Below are positions 8,720 to 17,762 of a DNA stretch of 64,000 bases, one piece after another (positions within the stretch are counted from its first letter, which is position 1; every line of letters starts with the position of its first letter). Made by a program: the position numbers and the translations under genes. Under the pieces are notes generated by a model. That model worked only from the letters and a program-made list of their open reading frames with translations, ran no database searches and was not told the DNA's origin. The stretch comes from Deltaproteobacteria bacterium. Its GTDB lineage: Bacteria > Myxococcota > Kuafuiibacteriia > Kuafuiibacteriales > Kuafuiibacteriaceae. The stretch is from NCBI GenBank assembly GCA_040218735.1, contig JAVJQW010000050.1:288001-352000 (forward strand). Reading direction: 5' to 3'.

Positions 8720-9481
8720 TCACATCCCGGACTCGCCGGACTTCTTCATGGTGTTGGTCTGCACCATCTCGCTCTCGAGCTCGGCGACGCGCTGCTTGGC
8801 CTTCTTCGCCTGGTCGGGCGACGGGCGCCCGGCGAGCACGTCGTTCCACGCTTCGAGCTTCGTCTGACGATCGATGCGCGCGATTTTGTCGACGGACATC
8901 GCCTCCGTGTAGAGCTGCTTCTGGAGGTCGTTGATCCGCTTCAGCGCCGCGCGAGCCTCCGGCCCCTTCGCGACCCAAGTCAGCACCTGCTCCCACGCGC
9001 GGATGCGATCCACCTTGGGTTTGCGAGCGCGCTCGACGCCCTCCGCCTCGGCGACGAGCCGCTTGGTCTCCATCGAGGTCCAGTGCGCGACGCGCTGCTT
9101 CGCCTTCCGTGCTTCCTTGCTCTTCGGGTAGAGGTCCCTAACCTCCGTCCACTTCGTGATCTTGTCGCGCGGTGACAGGTCGTCGTCGGAGTCGGCGCGT
9201 GTCGCGGCGTCGACGACGCGCAGGCGCGCCGCGTTCTTCCAGCGATCCATCGCGCGCTTCGCGTAGCCGATCTGCTCCTGCGCGCGATCGATGAAGGCCT
9301 TCCACTCGCGGAGCTTCTCTTCGTCGGAGACCTCCGGATCCTGTTCGAGCTTGCGCAGCCCGTAGAAGGTCAGGACGGTGCCCGGCTTCTTGACGACCTT
9401 CTTGGCGTCGCCGTCTTCGCCGGCGGCCAGCGCCGGCGTGGCGATCGCGAGGCTCAGCGCGATGACGAGCGTTCGATTCAT
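8720..9481 (-). CDS. Secreted helical-repeat hypothetical protein
   Basis: Signal peptide ending PALA; AAGGAG RBS; four K[LI]xxW-type repeats. Confidence 0.75.
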   Translation of the reverse strand: MNRTLVIALSLAIATPALAAGEDGDAKKVVKKPGTVLTFYGLRKLEQDPEVSDEEKLREWKAFIDRAQEQIGYAKRAMDRWKNAARLRVVDAATRADSDDDLSPRDKITKWTEVRDLYPKSKEARKAKQRVAHWTSMETKRLVAEAEGVERARKPKVDRIRAWEQVLTWVAKGPEARAALKRINDLQKQLYTEAMSVDKIARIDRQTKLEAWNDVLAGRPSPDQAKKAKQRVAELESEMVQTNTMKKSGESGM

Positions 9482-9483
9482 GT

Positions 9484-9957
9484 TCACTCCTTGGGGCCGC
9501 GGAACGAGAAGTTCGGCTGGAACATGATGAACCCGTCCGGCTTCTTGGCCTGGGGTTCCTTCGGCTTCTCATTCGGCCCGGGGATGTAGAACTTGCCTTC
9601 GACCCCGACGGGGATCTTCAGCGAGAACTCCTGGTCGACCTTGTTGGGCCGCGGGAACTTCCAGCGCTTCGCGACGCTCTCCAGACACAGCCGGAGGTGA
9701 CGCGCGCCCTCCAGCGAGGTGTCGATGCGTGTCTTGGTGACCGCGCCCGACTCGCCCACCTTCACGACCACCGTGGCGACACCCTGCGTCTTCGGGTTTT
9801 CGTTGTGGTAGCGCGCGTTGCACGCGTCGATCGCCGGCCCGGTGGCGTTGAGCGTGCTGCGCACCTTCTCCATGGCCTGCTCCTTGGTCATGACCTCTTC
9901 GGCCGGAGGTTCGGCCGCGACGAGCGCGAGCGTGACGAGCAAGGCGGAAGCGTTCAC
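9484..9957 (-). CDS. AgmX/PglI C-terminal (TonB-C-like) domain protein
   Basis: AIDACNARY..NPKTQGVATVVVKVGESGAV..LRLCLESVAKRWKFPRP; GTGA overlap with upstream gene. Confidence 0.75.
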   Translation of the reverse strand: MNASALLVTLALVAAEPPAEEVMTKEQAMEKVRSTLNATGPAIDACNARYHNENPKTQGVATVVVKVGESGAVTKTRIDTSLEGARHLRLCLESVAKRWKFPRPNKVDQEFSLKIPVGVEGKFYIPGPNEKPKEPQAKKPDGFIMFQPNFSFRGPKE

Positions 9958-10838
9958 GCCGAAGAGGCTAACCCCGCGGTGTCCGGAAACAAAAGCCCCG
10001 CGGGCCCGAGGGCCTCCAGATCCGCCGGGAGGGGCGCGTCGAAGGTCCGGCCTTCGGGGAGTATCAGGCGCGCCGCGTGGAGGAGGGGCCGAGAGAAGTC
10101 CACGATCGTCCCGCCGAGGCTCCCCGCCGCGTGGCCGCCGTAGAGCACGTCCCCCGCGATCGGGGTCCCGACGTGGCTCAGGTGGACGCGAATCTGGTGC
10201 GTCCGGCCCGTACGCGGGCGCGCGACCACCGCCGCCAGCCCGTCGACGGTCGCCACCACCTCCAGGTCGGTCTGCGACGGCTTGCCCTTGGGGCTGACCG
10301 CCTTCGCGCGCGGGCGGCGCCGATCCGCGCCGATCGGGGCGTCCACCGTCCCCGGCGGGGGCGCACCTTCGGTCACGGCGAAGTAGACCTTGTGGACGCG
10401 CTGCTCCGCGAACGCCCGCGACAGGTCCGCCGCGGCCTTCTTCGTCTTGGCGAACGCCAGGGCGCCCGTGGTGTCGACGTCCAGGCGGTGCACCACGTGG
10501 ACCTTTCGCTCCGATAGAATCCATTCGAGTGAACGACGGGGGCTCGTCTCCGTCTCGTTGACGTGGACGCCGGCCGGTTTGTTCACCACGACGATCGTGT
10601 CGTCCTCGAAGAGGATGGGCACCTCGACGGGCGCCTCGGGCTCCGCACCTTCGTGGACCACGACGCGCGAGCCGGCCCTGAGGCTCCTGCCCGCGACGCG
10701 ACAGCGCTTTCCGTCGACGAACACCGCGCCGTCGCCGATCAACACACGGGCGCGGCGGCGCGAGATGCCCTCCACGGCGGCAGCGATCGCTTTGTCGAGG
10801 CGGTCCGTGTCCGCCTCGACGCCGAAGACGTGTTTCAC
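9954..10838 (-). CDS. RluA-family RNA pseudouridine synthase
   Basis: S4-like N-terminus, VNKPAG, HRLDVDTTG, TGRTHQIRVH, GDVLYG. Confidence 0.95.
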   Translation of the reverse strand: MKHVFGVEADTDRLDKAIAAAVEGISRRRARVLIGDGAVFVDGKRCRVAGRSLRAGSRVVVHEGAEPEAPVEVPILFEDDTIVVVNKPAGVHVNETETSPRRSLEWILSERKVHVVHRLDVDTTGALAFAKTKKAAADLSRAFAEQRVHKVYFAVTEGAPPPGTVDAPIGADRRRPRAKAVSPKGKPSQTDLEVVATVDGLAAVVARPRTGRTHQIRVHLSHVGTPIAGDVLYGGHAAGSLGGTIVDFSRPLLHAARLILPEGRTFDAPLPADLEALGPAGLLFPDTAGLASSA

Positions 10839-11563
10839 TCCTCGGTGGTGCTCTTCTTCACGAGCACGCCCTTCTTGCCGAGCATGTACTCGTCCTTCAG
10901 CTCCGGCGGGAAGTCGCCGAAGTACGGCTTCACGTTCCAGCCGAGGTCCACGAGCGCCTGCGCGGCGCGGCGCTGCACGCGACCGGAGTGCTCGTCGCTG
11001 GTGCAGACCTTCGCGAGCGCCTCGGTGGAGTCCGGGTTCTCGAGCTTCTGGAGCGCCTCGATGGTCTGGAACTGCACGTCGTCCGCGTGGTCGCCGAGGT
11101 AGGGCGCGAGTTTGTCGGCGTCCTCGGGCGCGGCGACCTCGGCGATCGAGAAGATCAGCGTGGTCTTCGCCTGCGTGGTCCGGTGATCGAGCGGCTCGTA
11201 CGCGAGGAGCGTCTCGAGCAGGAAGTCGAACGAGTCCTGGCGCCCAAGGATCTTCTGCAGCGCCCGAATCGGGAACGCGATCGTCTTCTCGGAGCGGATG
11301 AACTGCTTGAGCGGCTCCACGACCGGGTCCCCGAGCGACACGAGCTGGTCGACGAGCTCACGCTTCTCGGACTCGTCGGCGATCTGCCCGTTTGCGTTGA
11401 TCGTGAACCGCCCGAGCAGCGCGGTGTACGCCTCCGGCGTCGCGATCTCGAAGAGCTTGTCCATCGCGGCTCGCCGGTAGTCCGGCTGCGCGTAGACCTC
11501 CTTCACCTGCTTGGCCGCCTTCTCGAGCGGGGATTTGGGCTTGAGCTTGTCGAAGAGGCCCAT
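10835..11563 (-). CDS. HEAT-repeat protein
   Basis: HEAT-like LGDHADDVQFQTIEALQKL, VQRRAAQALVDL; overlaps next gene by 4 nt. Confidence 0.75.
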   Translation of the reverse strand: MGLFDKLKPKSPLEKAAKQVKEVYAQPDYRRAAMDKLFEIATPEAYTALLGRFTINANGQIADESEKRELVDQLVSLGDPVVEPLKQFIRSEKTIAFPIRALQKILGRQDSFDFLLETLLAYEPLDHRTTQAKTTLIFSIAEVAAPEDADKLAPYLGDHADDVQFQTIEALQKLENPDSTEALAKVCTSDEHSGRVQRRAAQALVDLGWNVKPYFGDFPPELKDEYMLGKKGVLVKKSTTEE

Positions 11564-11622
11564 GAGGGGCCCTTCGATAAGACCTCGACACGGGCGCGTC
11601 AACGAGAACGAGGAACGAGTTC

Positions 11623-11806
11623 CCCTTGAACTTGAACTTGCCCGTTCCCTTGCCCGCGAGCACTGCCGAATTCATGGCGGTGCGAGACGGACCGGGGCAA
11701 CGAATCGGTCCGGGCAAGGGTTCGTCATTGCCCAGGGCTCGTGAGCGATGCGCCAGGAACCCTCGTCCATTGAGGGCAAGGGAACGGGCAAGTTCAAGTT
11801 CAAGGG
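11623..11806. repeat. 184-bp intergenic element with perfect 33-bp terminal inverted repeats (REP/MITE-like)
   Basis: 11623-11655 cccttgaacttgaacttgcccgttcccttgccc is the reverse complement of 11774-11806. Confidence 0.85.
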
Positions 11807-11851
11807 AACGCCTTCTGCGGTGCGGACGCTTTGATATCCTCCACCACCACA

Positions 11852-13147
11852 ATGCCTCCCCGACGCCCTCCGGGCCCCGTCGACGACGGCGCCTCGCTCC
11901 TCACCTCGATCCGCTTCTACCGCGACATGACCCGCGACTCCCTCGGCACGATGCGCCGACGGTTCGAGCGGTACGGGGACCTGTACTTCAACGTCAGCCG
12001 GGGGGATCCGCTGTTCGTCACGCGGCACCCCGATCACGCGTACCAAGTGCTCGTCGCCGGGGCGAAGGCGTTCGGGAAGCGGAGCGACCTCGAGCCGTTC
12101 CTCGGGCAGGGGCTCCTCGAGGCGAACGGCGCGGTGTGGCGGCGGCAGCGGCGGCTGATGCAGCCGTCGTTCTCCGCGCAGCGGATCGCCGCGTACCGCG
12201 ACATGATGATCGAGGAGACCGAGAAGCGCATCGCGACGTGGGCGGACGGCGAGACGCGCGACATCGACGCAGACATGATGGCGCTGACGCTCGCGATCGT
12301 GTCGCGCGCCCTCTTCTCGCACGAGGCCGACGACGCCGAGACGGTGTCGAAGGTGATGACCGTGTTCCAGGAGGCCGCGACCGGGCTCGACCTGTTCCCG
12401 TCCTGGCTCCCCACGCCGCTGCACCGCCGTCAGGCTGCCGCGCTGAAGGCGATGGACGACCTCGTGTACGGCGTCATCGACGGGCGCGACATCGACCAGG
12501 ACCACGAAGACCTGCTGCAAGATCTCTTGCACGCGAGTGACGCCGAAGGCGGCATGTCGCGGAAGCAGGTGCGCGACGAGCTCGTCACGATGTTCCTCGC
12601 AGGACACGAGACGACCTCGCTCACGCTGATGTGGACGTTCTACCTGCTCGCGAAGCACCCCGAGATCGAGGCGCGCGTCTACGAGGAGGTCGCGGCGGCG
12701 GAGTCGTTCGACCGCCTCCCCTTCACCGCGAACGTCCTGAAGGAGTCGATGCGTCTGTACCCGCCCGCGTACGTCGTGCCGCGCGTCGCGATCGAGGACA
12801 CCGAGCTCGGCGGCTACACCCTCGAGCGCGGGGCGGAGGTCGTGGTGTGGATCTACTTCTGCCACCACGACGAACGCTGGTTCACGGAGCCGGAGCGCTT
12901 CGACCCGGATCGGTTCGCAGAGGGGAGCGACCGCGTGAAGCACCCGCACGCCTACCTCCCGTTCGGCGCCGGGAGCCGGACGTGCATCGGGCGGCACTTC
13001 GCGTCGTTCGAAGCCCAGCTCCTCCTCGCCACGATCGTGAAGCACTTCTCGCTGTCGCTGGCGCCCGACGCCAACGTGGCGATGAATCCGCGCATCACAC
13101 TCGGCGCGAAACACGGGATGAAGATGGTCGTGCGCGATCGGGGTTGA
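11852..13147 (+). CDS. Cytochrome P450
   Basis: FLAGHETT, ESMR (ExxR), PERFDPDRF, PFGAGSRTCIG heme motif. Confidence 0.97.
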   Translation: MPPRRPPGPVDDGASLLTSIRFYRDMTRDSLGTMRRRFERYGDLYFNVSRGDPLFVTRHPDHAYQVLVAGAKAFGKRSDLEPFLGQGLLEANGAVWRRQRRLMQPSFSAQRIAAYRDMMIEETEKRIATWADGETRDIDADMMALTLAIVSRALFSHEADDAETVSKVMTVFQEAATGLDLFPSWLPTPLHRRQAAALKAMDDLVYGVIDGRDIDQDHEDLLQDLLHASDAEGGMSRKQVRDELVTMFLAGHETTSLTLMWTFYLLAKHPEIEARVYEEVAAAESFDRLPFTANVLKESMRLYPPAYVVPRVAIEDTELGGYTLERGAEVVVWIYFCHHDERWFTEPERFDPDRFAEGSDRVKHPHAYLPFGAGSRTCIGRHFASFEAQLLLATIVKHFSLSLAPDANVAMNPRITLGAKHGMKMVVRDRG

Positions 13148-13169
13148 CGCCCCGGGCGGAGATCGATTA

Positions 13170-13183
13170 GTTGCTATAGCAAC
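13170..13183. promoter_or_regulatory. Palindromic operator GTTGCTATAGCAAC (probable MarR site 1)
   Basis: Perfect 14-bp palindrome just upstream of the MarR start; near-copy at 13660. Confidence 0.8.
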
Positions 13184-13186
13184 AAA

Positions 13187-13630
13187 GTGCGGAAGGTTCG
13201 GATCACCGACTCGCTCGCGTACCACGTGTACCGGAGCGCCCGGCTGCTACGGCGGCACTTCCTGTCGATGGCGACGAGCCTCGACATGGAGCTGACACAG
13301 GAGCAGTGGTTCGTGCTCAACAAACTCGTGCTGGAGGACGGGCGGAGTCAGGTGGATCTGGGCGAAGAGATCTTCGCGGATCGCCCCAACCTCACCCGCA
13401 TCCTGACCACGATGGAGCGGCGCGGGCTGGTGCGGCGGCGGCCGGACGAGGAGGACGGGCGGCGAATCCGTGTGTTCCTCACGGCCGACGGGCGACGGCA
13501 CCACGACGAGTTCGCGGCTATCGTGCCCAAGGCGCGCAGCCAGCTGTTCGCGGGCATCACGAAGGAAGACCTCGAGACGGCGATTCGAGTCCTGGCTCGG
13601 CTCGAATCCAACCTGGTGAAGGACGACTGA
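13187..13630 (+). CDS. MarR-family transcriptional regulator
   Basis: LTQEQWFVL..SQVDL..LTRILTTMERRGLVRR..DGRRIRVFLT.DG. Confidence 0.95.
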   Translation: MRKVRITDSLAYHVYRSARLLRRHFLSMATSLDMELTQEQWFVLNKLVLEDGRSQVDLGEEIFADRPNLTRILTTMERRGLVRRRPDEEDGRRIRVFLTADGRRHHDEFAAIVPKARSQLFAGITKEDLETAIRVLARLESNLVKDD

Positions 13631-13659
13631 GCCCCGTCCCAAAAAAATTTGCAGCATTA

Positions 13660-13673
13660 GTTGCTATAACAAC
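13660..13673. promoter_or_regulatory. Operator copy GTTGCTATAACAAC (probable MarR site 2)
   Basis: ATTAGTTGCTATA[G/A]CAACAAA shared with site 1; directly upstream of the RBS of 13692. Confidence 0.8.
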
Positions 13674-13691
13674 AAAAGGAATCGAACGAAG

Positions 13692-14138
13692 ATGAAGACC
13701 TCGAAAGCACAGTTCCTCGTGACCACGATGATGGCTGGCGCCTGCGTCAGCTCGACCACCCCGGCGACCGCGGGTGCGCCGGACGACGCCATCACGGCGG
13801 CCGTTCGCGCCTACGTGAAAGGCGGCGACGCGCAGGATCGCGCGCAGGTCGAGAAGATCACCCACGCCTCCTTCCGCGTCATCGCGTCGATGGGCGGCGC
13901 GGGCGACGCCTCGTTCATGTCGCGCGACGACTACCTCGGTCTCCTCGACGCCAAGAAGATCGGAGGCACCCCGCGCACCGTGAAGGTCGAGTGGACCAAG
14001 TCGCTGGGCAACGTCGCCAACGTGAAGGTGCAGCTCGAATCGAAGGCGGCGCGCTTCGACTCACTCTTCACGCTGGTGAAGAAGGACGGCCGCTGGGTCG
14101 TCGTCGAAGACGTCGTCCGCCTCGACAAGAAGGGCTAG
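13692..14138 (+). CDS. Exported NTF2-like (lumazine-binding/SnoaL-like) protein
   Basis: Signal/lipoprotein-like N-terminus; AVRAYVKG..D; FDSLFTLVKKDGRWVVV. Confidence 0.8.
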   Translation: MKTSKAQFLVTTMMAGACVSSTTPATAGAPDDAITAAVRAYVKGGDAQDRAQVEKITHASFRVIASMGGAGDASFMSRDDYLGLLDAKKIGGTPRTVKVEWTKSLGNVANVKVQLESKAARFDSLFTLVKKDGRWVVVEDVVRLDKKG

Positions 14139-14382
14139 CGAGGCTGCGCCTCGAACCCTCCAGGCTCCGCCGAAACGCAGTGCGGCGCATCCTCGCGCTG
14201 GCAGCCAACCGCGGGCAGCCGACAGCTTGGGTGCCACGATCGTTGCGCCGGCTCATTGGCGGGCTCGATGCGCCGACGGAACGTGTAGAGCATCCGGCTG
14301 CCGGCTGCGACCTGCAGGCCCCCGCGGTCGATCTGCGCACCGAGAGTCGGCCTCTTCGCCACGGTTCTCTTAGAGCAGACTC

Positions 14383-15084
14383 CTAGAAGACCAACTGCAT
14401 CGTCGCGGTGGTCGCGAACATCGTGACGTCCGGTCCGTGGTGCATCGACTTCGGCGACACCATCGCGCGGAGGCCGAAGCCGATGCCGTTCAGGTCGAAG
14501 CCCATCGCGAGGCTCGGCGCCCAGCCCGAGTAGCCCTTGTTGTCCGCGGGGTCGAAGAAGATCACGTGGCCGAAGCCGCTGTCGCCGTGGAGCGTCAGCC
14601 CGCCGACCTGGTGGCGGTACCCGCCGGAGACGCCGGTGTGGATCGTGGTGATCGAGCCGAGCGGGCTGCCGAGGTAGAGCACGCCCGAGATGAACAGCGT
14701 CAGCGTCAGGAACGTGTACGCGAAGATGCTCACGAGGGCGCGCGCGACCGTCGTGCCGTTTTCGTTGCCGCGCCCGACCCACGACGTGACGTCCTTGAAG
14801 CCGTTCACGCTGAACTCACCGACGTCGTAGCCGGCCTTCGCCCACTCCGTCGTGCGCTCGAAGTCGGTGAGCGTGACGTCGCCGACGAAGCGAAGCGTGA
14901 AGCCAGACTCGTGGTGCACGTGCACCTCGCCCGCGACGCCGACGCCGGGTTGCACGACGTCGCCGAGCACGTACATCGCGGCGCCCGCGCCGAACGCGCC
15001 GCCGCCCCGGAAGCGCGTCTGGCCGAACGCCGTGCCCGAGTAACAGAGGATCAGGAGGCCGGCGATCGAGGGGGCGACGCGCAT
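14383..15084 (-). CDS. Hypothetical outer-membrane protein
   Basis: Signal peptide, Gly/aromatic beta-strands, terminal Phe (MQLVF). Confidence 0.6.
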   Translation of the reverse strand: MRVAPSIAGLLILCYSGTAFGQTRFRGGGAFGAGAAMYVLGDVVQPGVGVAGEVHVHHESGFTLRFVGDVTLTDFERTTEWAKAGYDVGEFSVNGFKDVTSWVGRGNENGTTVARALVSIFAYTFLTLTLFISGVLYLGSPLGSITTIHTGVSGGYRHQVGGLTLHGDSGFGHVIFFDPADNKGYSGWAPSLAMGFDLNGIGFGLRAMVSPKSMHHGPDVTMFATTATMQLVF

Positions 15085-15135
15085 CGCCCGCCATCATACG
15101 GCGGGTTCGGTGCGGCCGCCGATTTGTGATCGCAG

Positions 15136-15513
15136 TCAGTCGGTCTTCATCGTGACCTTGGCGACGTGCGTCGCACCGAGGATGACGGTCTCGCCGCCCG
15201 TCGGACGGAGCCGCGCCTGCATCGAGAAGTCGCGCTGGTCGGAAGCGCCGTGACGCTGCGCGGTGACGTTCACGGAGAGGAGCCCCCTCGCCTCGCGGCA
15301 GACGTCGAGCTCGTAGCGGTCGTTGGGCGTGCCTTGTTTCATGCGGCTGCACTCACCTTCGACGCGCACCGTGAGTGGGACGTCGTCGACCGTAACGGTC
15401 ACCGCGAGTGGTCCGCCGATGCGCGGGCCTTCCGTGGACGCGTCGCAGAGGGTGGCCGCCGCGGCGGCCGTCGCGCCGAGCGCGATGAATGCAGAGAGGA
15501 TGAGGTACTTCAT
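15136..15513 (-). CDS. Small secreted hypothetical protein
   Basis: MKYLILSAFIALGATAAAA signal peptide; three Cys. Confidence 0.7.
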   Translation of the reverse strand: MKYLILSAFIALGATAAAAATLCDASTEGPRIGGPLAVTVTVDDVPLTVRVEGECSRMKQGTPNDRYELDVCREARGLLSVNVTAQRHGASDQRDFSMQARLRPTGGETVILGATHVAKVTMKTD

Positions 15514-15527
15514 GGCGCGCGTCGAAG

Positions 15528-15543
15528 AGCAACGCGCGTGCCA
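15528..15543 (-). promoter_or_regulatory. Consensus sigma54 promoter
   Basis: TGGCACG-CGCG-TTGCT, a perfect match, 14 nt upstream of ATG 15513. Confidence 0.8.
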
Positions 15544-15616
15544 CGAACCCCCGCAGAGCTCTCCTCGGGCCGCGCGACAGAATGTCCGAGCGGAAGACGC
15601 CGCGCCTGTCACGCCG

Positions 15617-16657
15617 TCACGGCGTGTGCTGCGACCAGTCGACGATCACGCCGTGGTAGTGCTCCTTGTCGTCGAGCATCCCGCGGTAGGCGGAGAGCAG
15701 CGCCTCGGGCTGGATGACGTGACTGACGAGCCCTTCGGTCTTCAGCGCGCCGCTGCGGATCCAGTCGTGCACGCGCTCCAGGTTCTCTTCCACGCTCGGG
15801 CCGCCGCCCGGCACGCGGTACGGTGGCAGACGCCACTCAAGCGCGCCGCGCACGGTGAGCCACTGCATGTGGATGCGGTTGAAGACCGCGGTGAGGTTCG
15901 TCTCGAACGGCGGGCGCGGCGACCCGAGCAAGACGACTTGCCCGTACGGGGCGCAGGCTTCGACGCACATCGCGCAGACCGGCCCGAGCCCCGCGGCGTC
16001 GACCGCGATGTCCACGCCGCGGCCGTCCGTCGCGTCGCGCACCGCCTGGATCGGGTCGTCGCCTTCGAGCACCTCGAGGCCCACGCCGCGCGCGACGTCA
16101 CGGCGCCCCGCGACCGGGTCGTGCACGAACACCCGCGCGCCCGCGATGCGGTACAGCTGCGCCGCGAAGTTTCCGACGAGCCCCATGCCGAGCACGAGCA
16201 CCGTGTGGCCCGGCCGCACCTCGCTCATCTGGAGCGCCGTCATCGACACCAACGCGAGCCGCGCGACCACGGCGGCCTCCGCGTCGAGGTCCTCGCCGAT
16301 CCGAAACGCGGCGCGGAACGGCTTGGGGCTGTCGAGGTCGTAGATCTGAAGCGACGCGTGTTTGCCGAAGCAGAAGATCCGATCGCCCGCCTCGAGCCCG
16401 CGCGTGCGCTCCGGCGCCGCCGCGACGACGCGCCCGACGAGCCCGTAACCCGGACGCCACGGGTACGCGTTCCAGCCGTCCTTCTTGTAGACGCTCTTCG
16501 ACAGCGCGGTGAACGCCGCGAGCTCGGTCCCGCCGCTCATCACGGTGCGCTCGGCCTGCACGAGGATCTGCCCCGGCGCGAGCATGGATGCGTCGAGCTC
16601 TTCGGTGTCGAGCGTGGCCTGCGCCTTGTCGGGGATCAGCGCGAACGTCGCCTTCAT
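15617..16657 (-). CDS. MDR-family (zinc-binding alcohol dehydrogenase-like) oxidoreductase
   Basis: SGGTELA..YPWRPGYGLVGRV, GMGLVG Rossmann motif, GRGVDIAVDAAG. Confidence 0.9.
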   Translation of the reverse strand: MKATFALIPDKAQATLDTEELDASMLAPGQILVQAERTVMSGGTELAAFTALSKSVYKKDGWNAYPWRPGYGLVGRVVAAAPERTRGLEAGDRIFCFGKHASLQIYDLDSPKPFRAAFRIGEDLDAEAAVVARLALVSMTALQMSEVRPGHTVLVLGMGLVGNFAAQLYRIAGARVFVHDPVAGRRDVARGVGLEVLEGDDPIQAVRDATDGRGVDIAVDAAGLGPVCAMCVEACAPYGQVVLLGSPRPPFETNLTAVFNRIHMQWLTVRGALEWRLPPYRVPGGGPSVEENLERVHDWIRSGALKTEGLVSHVIQPEALLSAYRGMLDDKEHYHGVIVDWSQHTP

Positions 16658-17697
16658 GTCGTCGCCTCTACCATCGGCACGAATGCGTTCGAAGCTTCCG
16701 ACGCGATCGCCGCCTCCAGGATCTCGAGCTGCAGCACCACGTCGTACGGATCGATCGGGCTGGGCCCACCGTCCACGATCGCGTCGCGCACCGCCGCGTA
16801 GAACCGTCGGTAGTCGCCGCGCTCGGTCGGAACGACGACCTCCCCCTCGGGGCCGATGCGCTTGCCGTACGCTTCGGGCGTCTCCACGCCCCAGTCCGGC
16901 GTCTCGTGCGGGAGCGCCCCCGATCGAATCTGCGCCTCCTGCGCTTCCACACCGTACTTCACGAAGCTCGCGGCGTCTCCGCACACGAAGAAGCGCGGGC
17001 GCTCGACCGGGTCGAGGTGATCCGCACCGACGCGCACCGTGAGCTCGCCGTAGCGCAGCTCGATGACAAACGCGTCCGTCACCGGTGAACCCGGGCGGCG
17101 CGTCTGAACCCGCGCCGCGACGTGCGTGGGCCGCCCGAAACACACGATCGCCTGGTCGACGAGGTGCGGGCCGAGATCGAACATCAACCCGTGCATCGGA
17201 TCCGACTCGGCCTTCCACGCCGAGCGCTGCGCCAGCGAGGGACGGTACGCCGGCCACATCGATTCGAAGCGGTGGATCCTGCCGAGGTGCCCCCCTTCGA
17301 TCTGCGCGCGGGCCGTCGCGAAGTCTCCGTCGTAGCGCCGGTTCTGGAACGGCACGAGCAGTCGACCCGCGCGCTGCGCAGCGGACGCGAGCTGTCGCAT
17401 CGACGCCGCGTCGGGCGCCACGGGTTTTTCGACCACGACGTGTTTGCCCGCCGCGAGCGCAGCCTTCGCGTGCTCGACGTGCAGCCGATTCGGCGACGCG
17501 ACGACGACGAGATCCACGTCGTCCCGCGCGATGAGCGCCGCCGCGTCCGCGACCACCGCGACGTCCCCGAAGCGCCCCGCGTCCACCTCGCGCGAGGTCG
17601 CCACGGCGCGCAGCGCCAGCCCGTCGACCCCGAGCACGAAACCTCCGTGGAACCCGCGCCCGGCGAGCCCCCAACCGATGATCCCTACGCCCACCAT
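16654..17697 (-). CDS. Gfo/Idh/MocA-family oxidoreductase
   Basis: GWGLAGRGFH, GKHVVVEKP, FQNRRYDGDF, DLGPHLVDQ. Confidence 0.93.
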   Translation of the reverse strand: MVGVGIIGWGLAGRGFHGGFVLGVDGLALRAVATSREVDAGRFGDVAVVADAAALIARDDVDLVVVASPNRLHVEHAKAALAAGKHVVVEKPVAPDAASMRQLASAAQRAGRLLVPFQNRRYDGDFATARAQIEGGHLGRIHRFESMWPAYRPSLAQRSAWKAESDPMHGLMFDLGPHLVDQAIVCFGRPTHVAARVQTRRPGSPVTDAFVIELRYGELTVRVGADHLDPVERPRFFVCGDAASFVKYGVEAQEAQIRSGALPHETPDWGVETPEAYGKRIGPEGEVVVPTERGDYRRFYAAVRDAIVDGGPSPIDPYDVVLQLEILEAAIASEASNAFVPMVEATT

Positions 17698-17762
17698 CGG
17701 CCCTCGATAACACCAAAACTCCGCGCTGGCAGGTTGGGGCTCGGCGTAATAGGTTCGGCTCC

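Noticed and set aside
14228-14250. Sigma54-like TGCCACGATCGTTGCG in the convergent spacer
   Set aside because: Lacks the invariant GG at -24 and has no downstream gene in that orientation.
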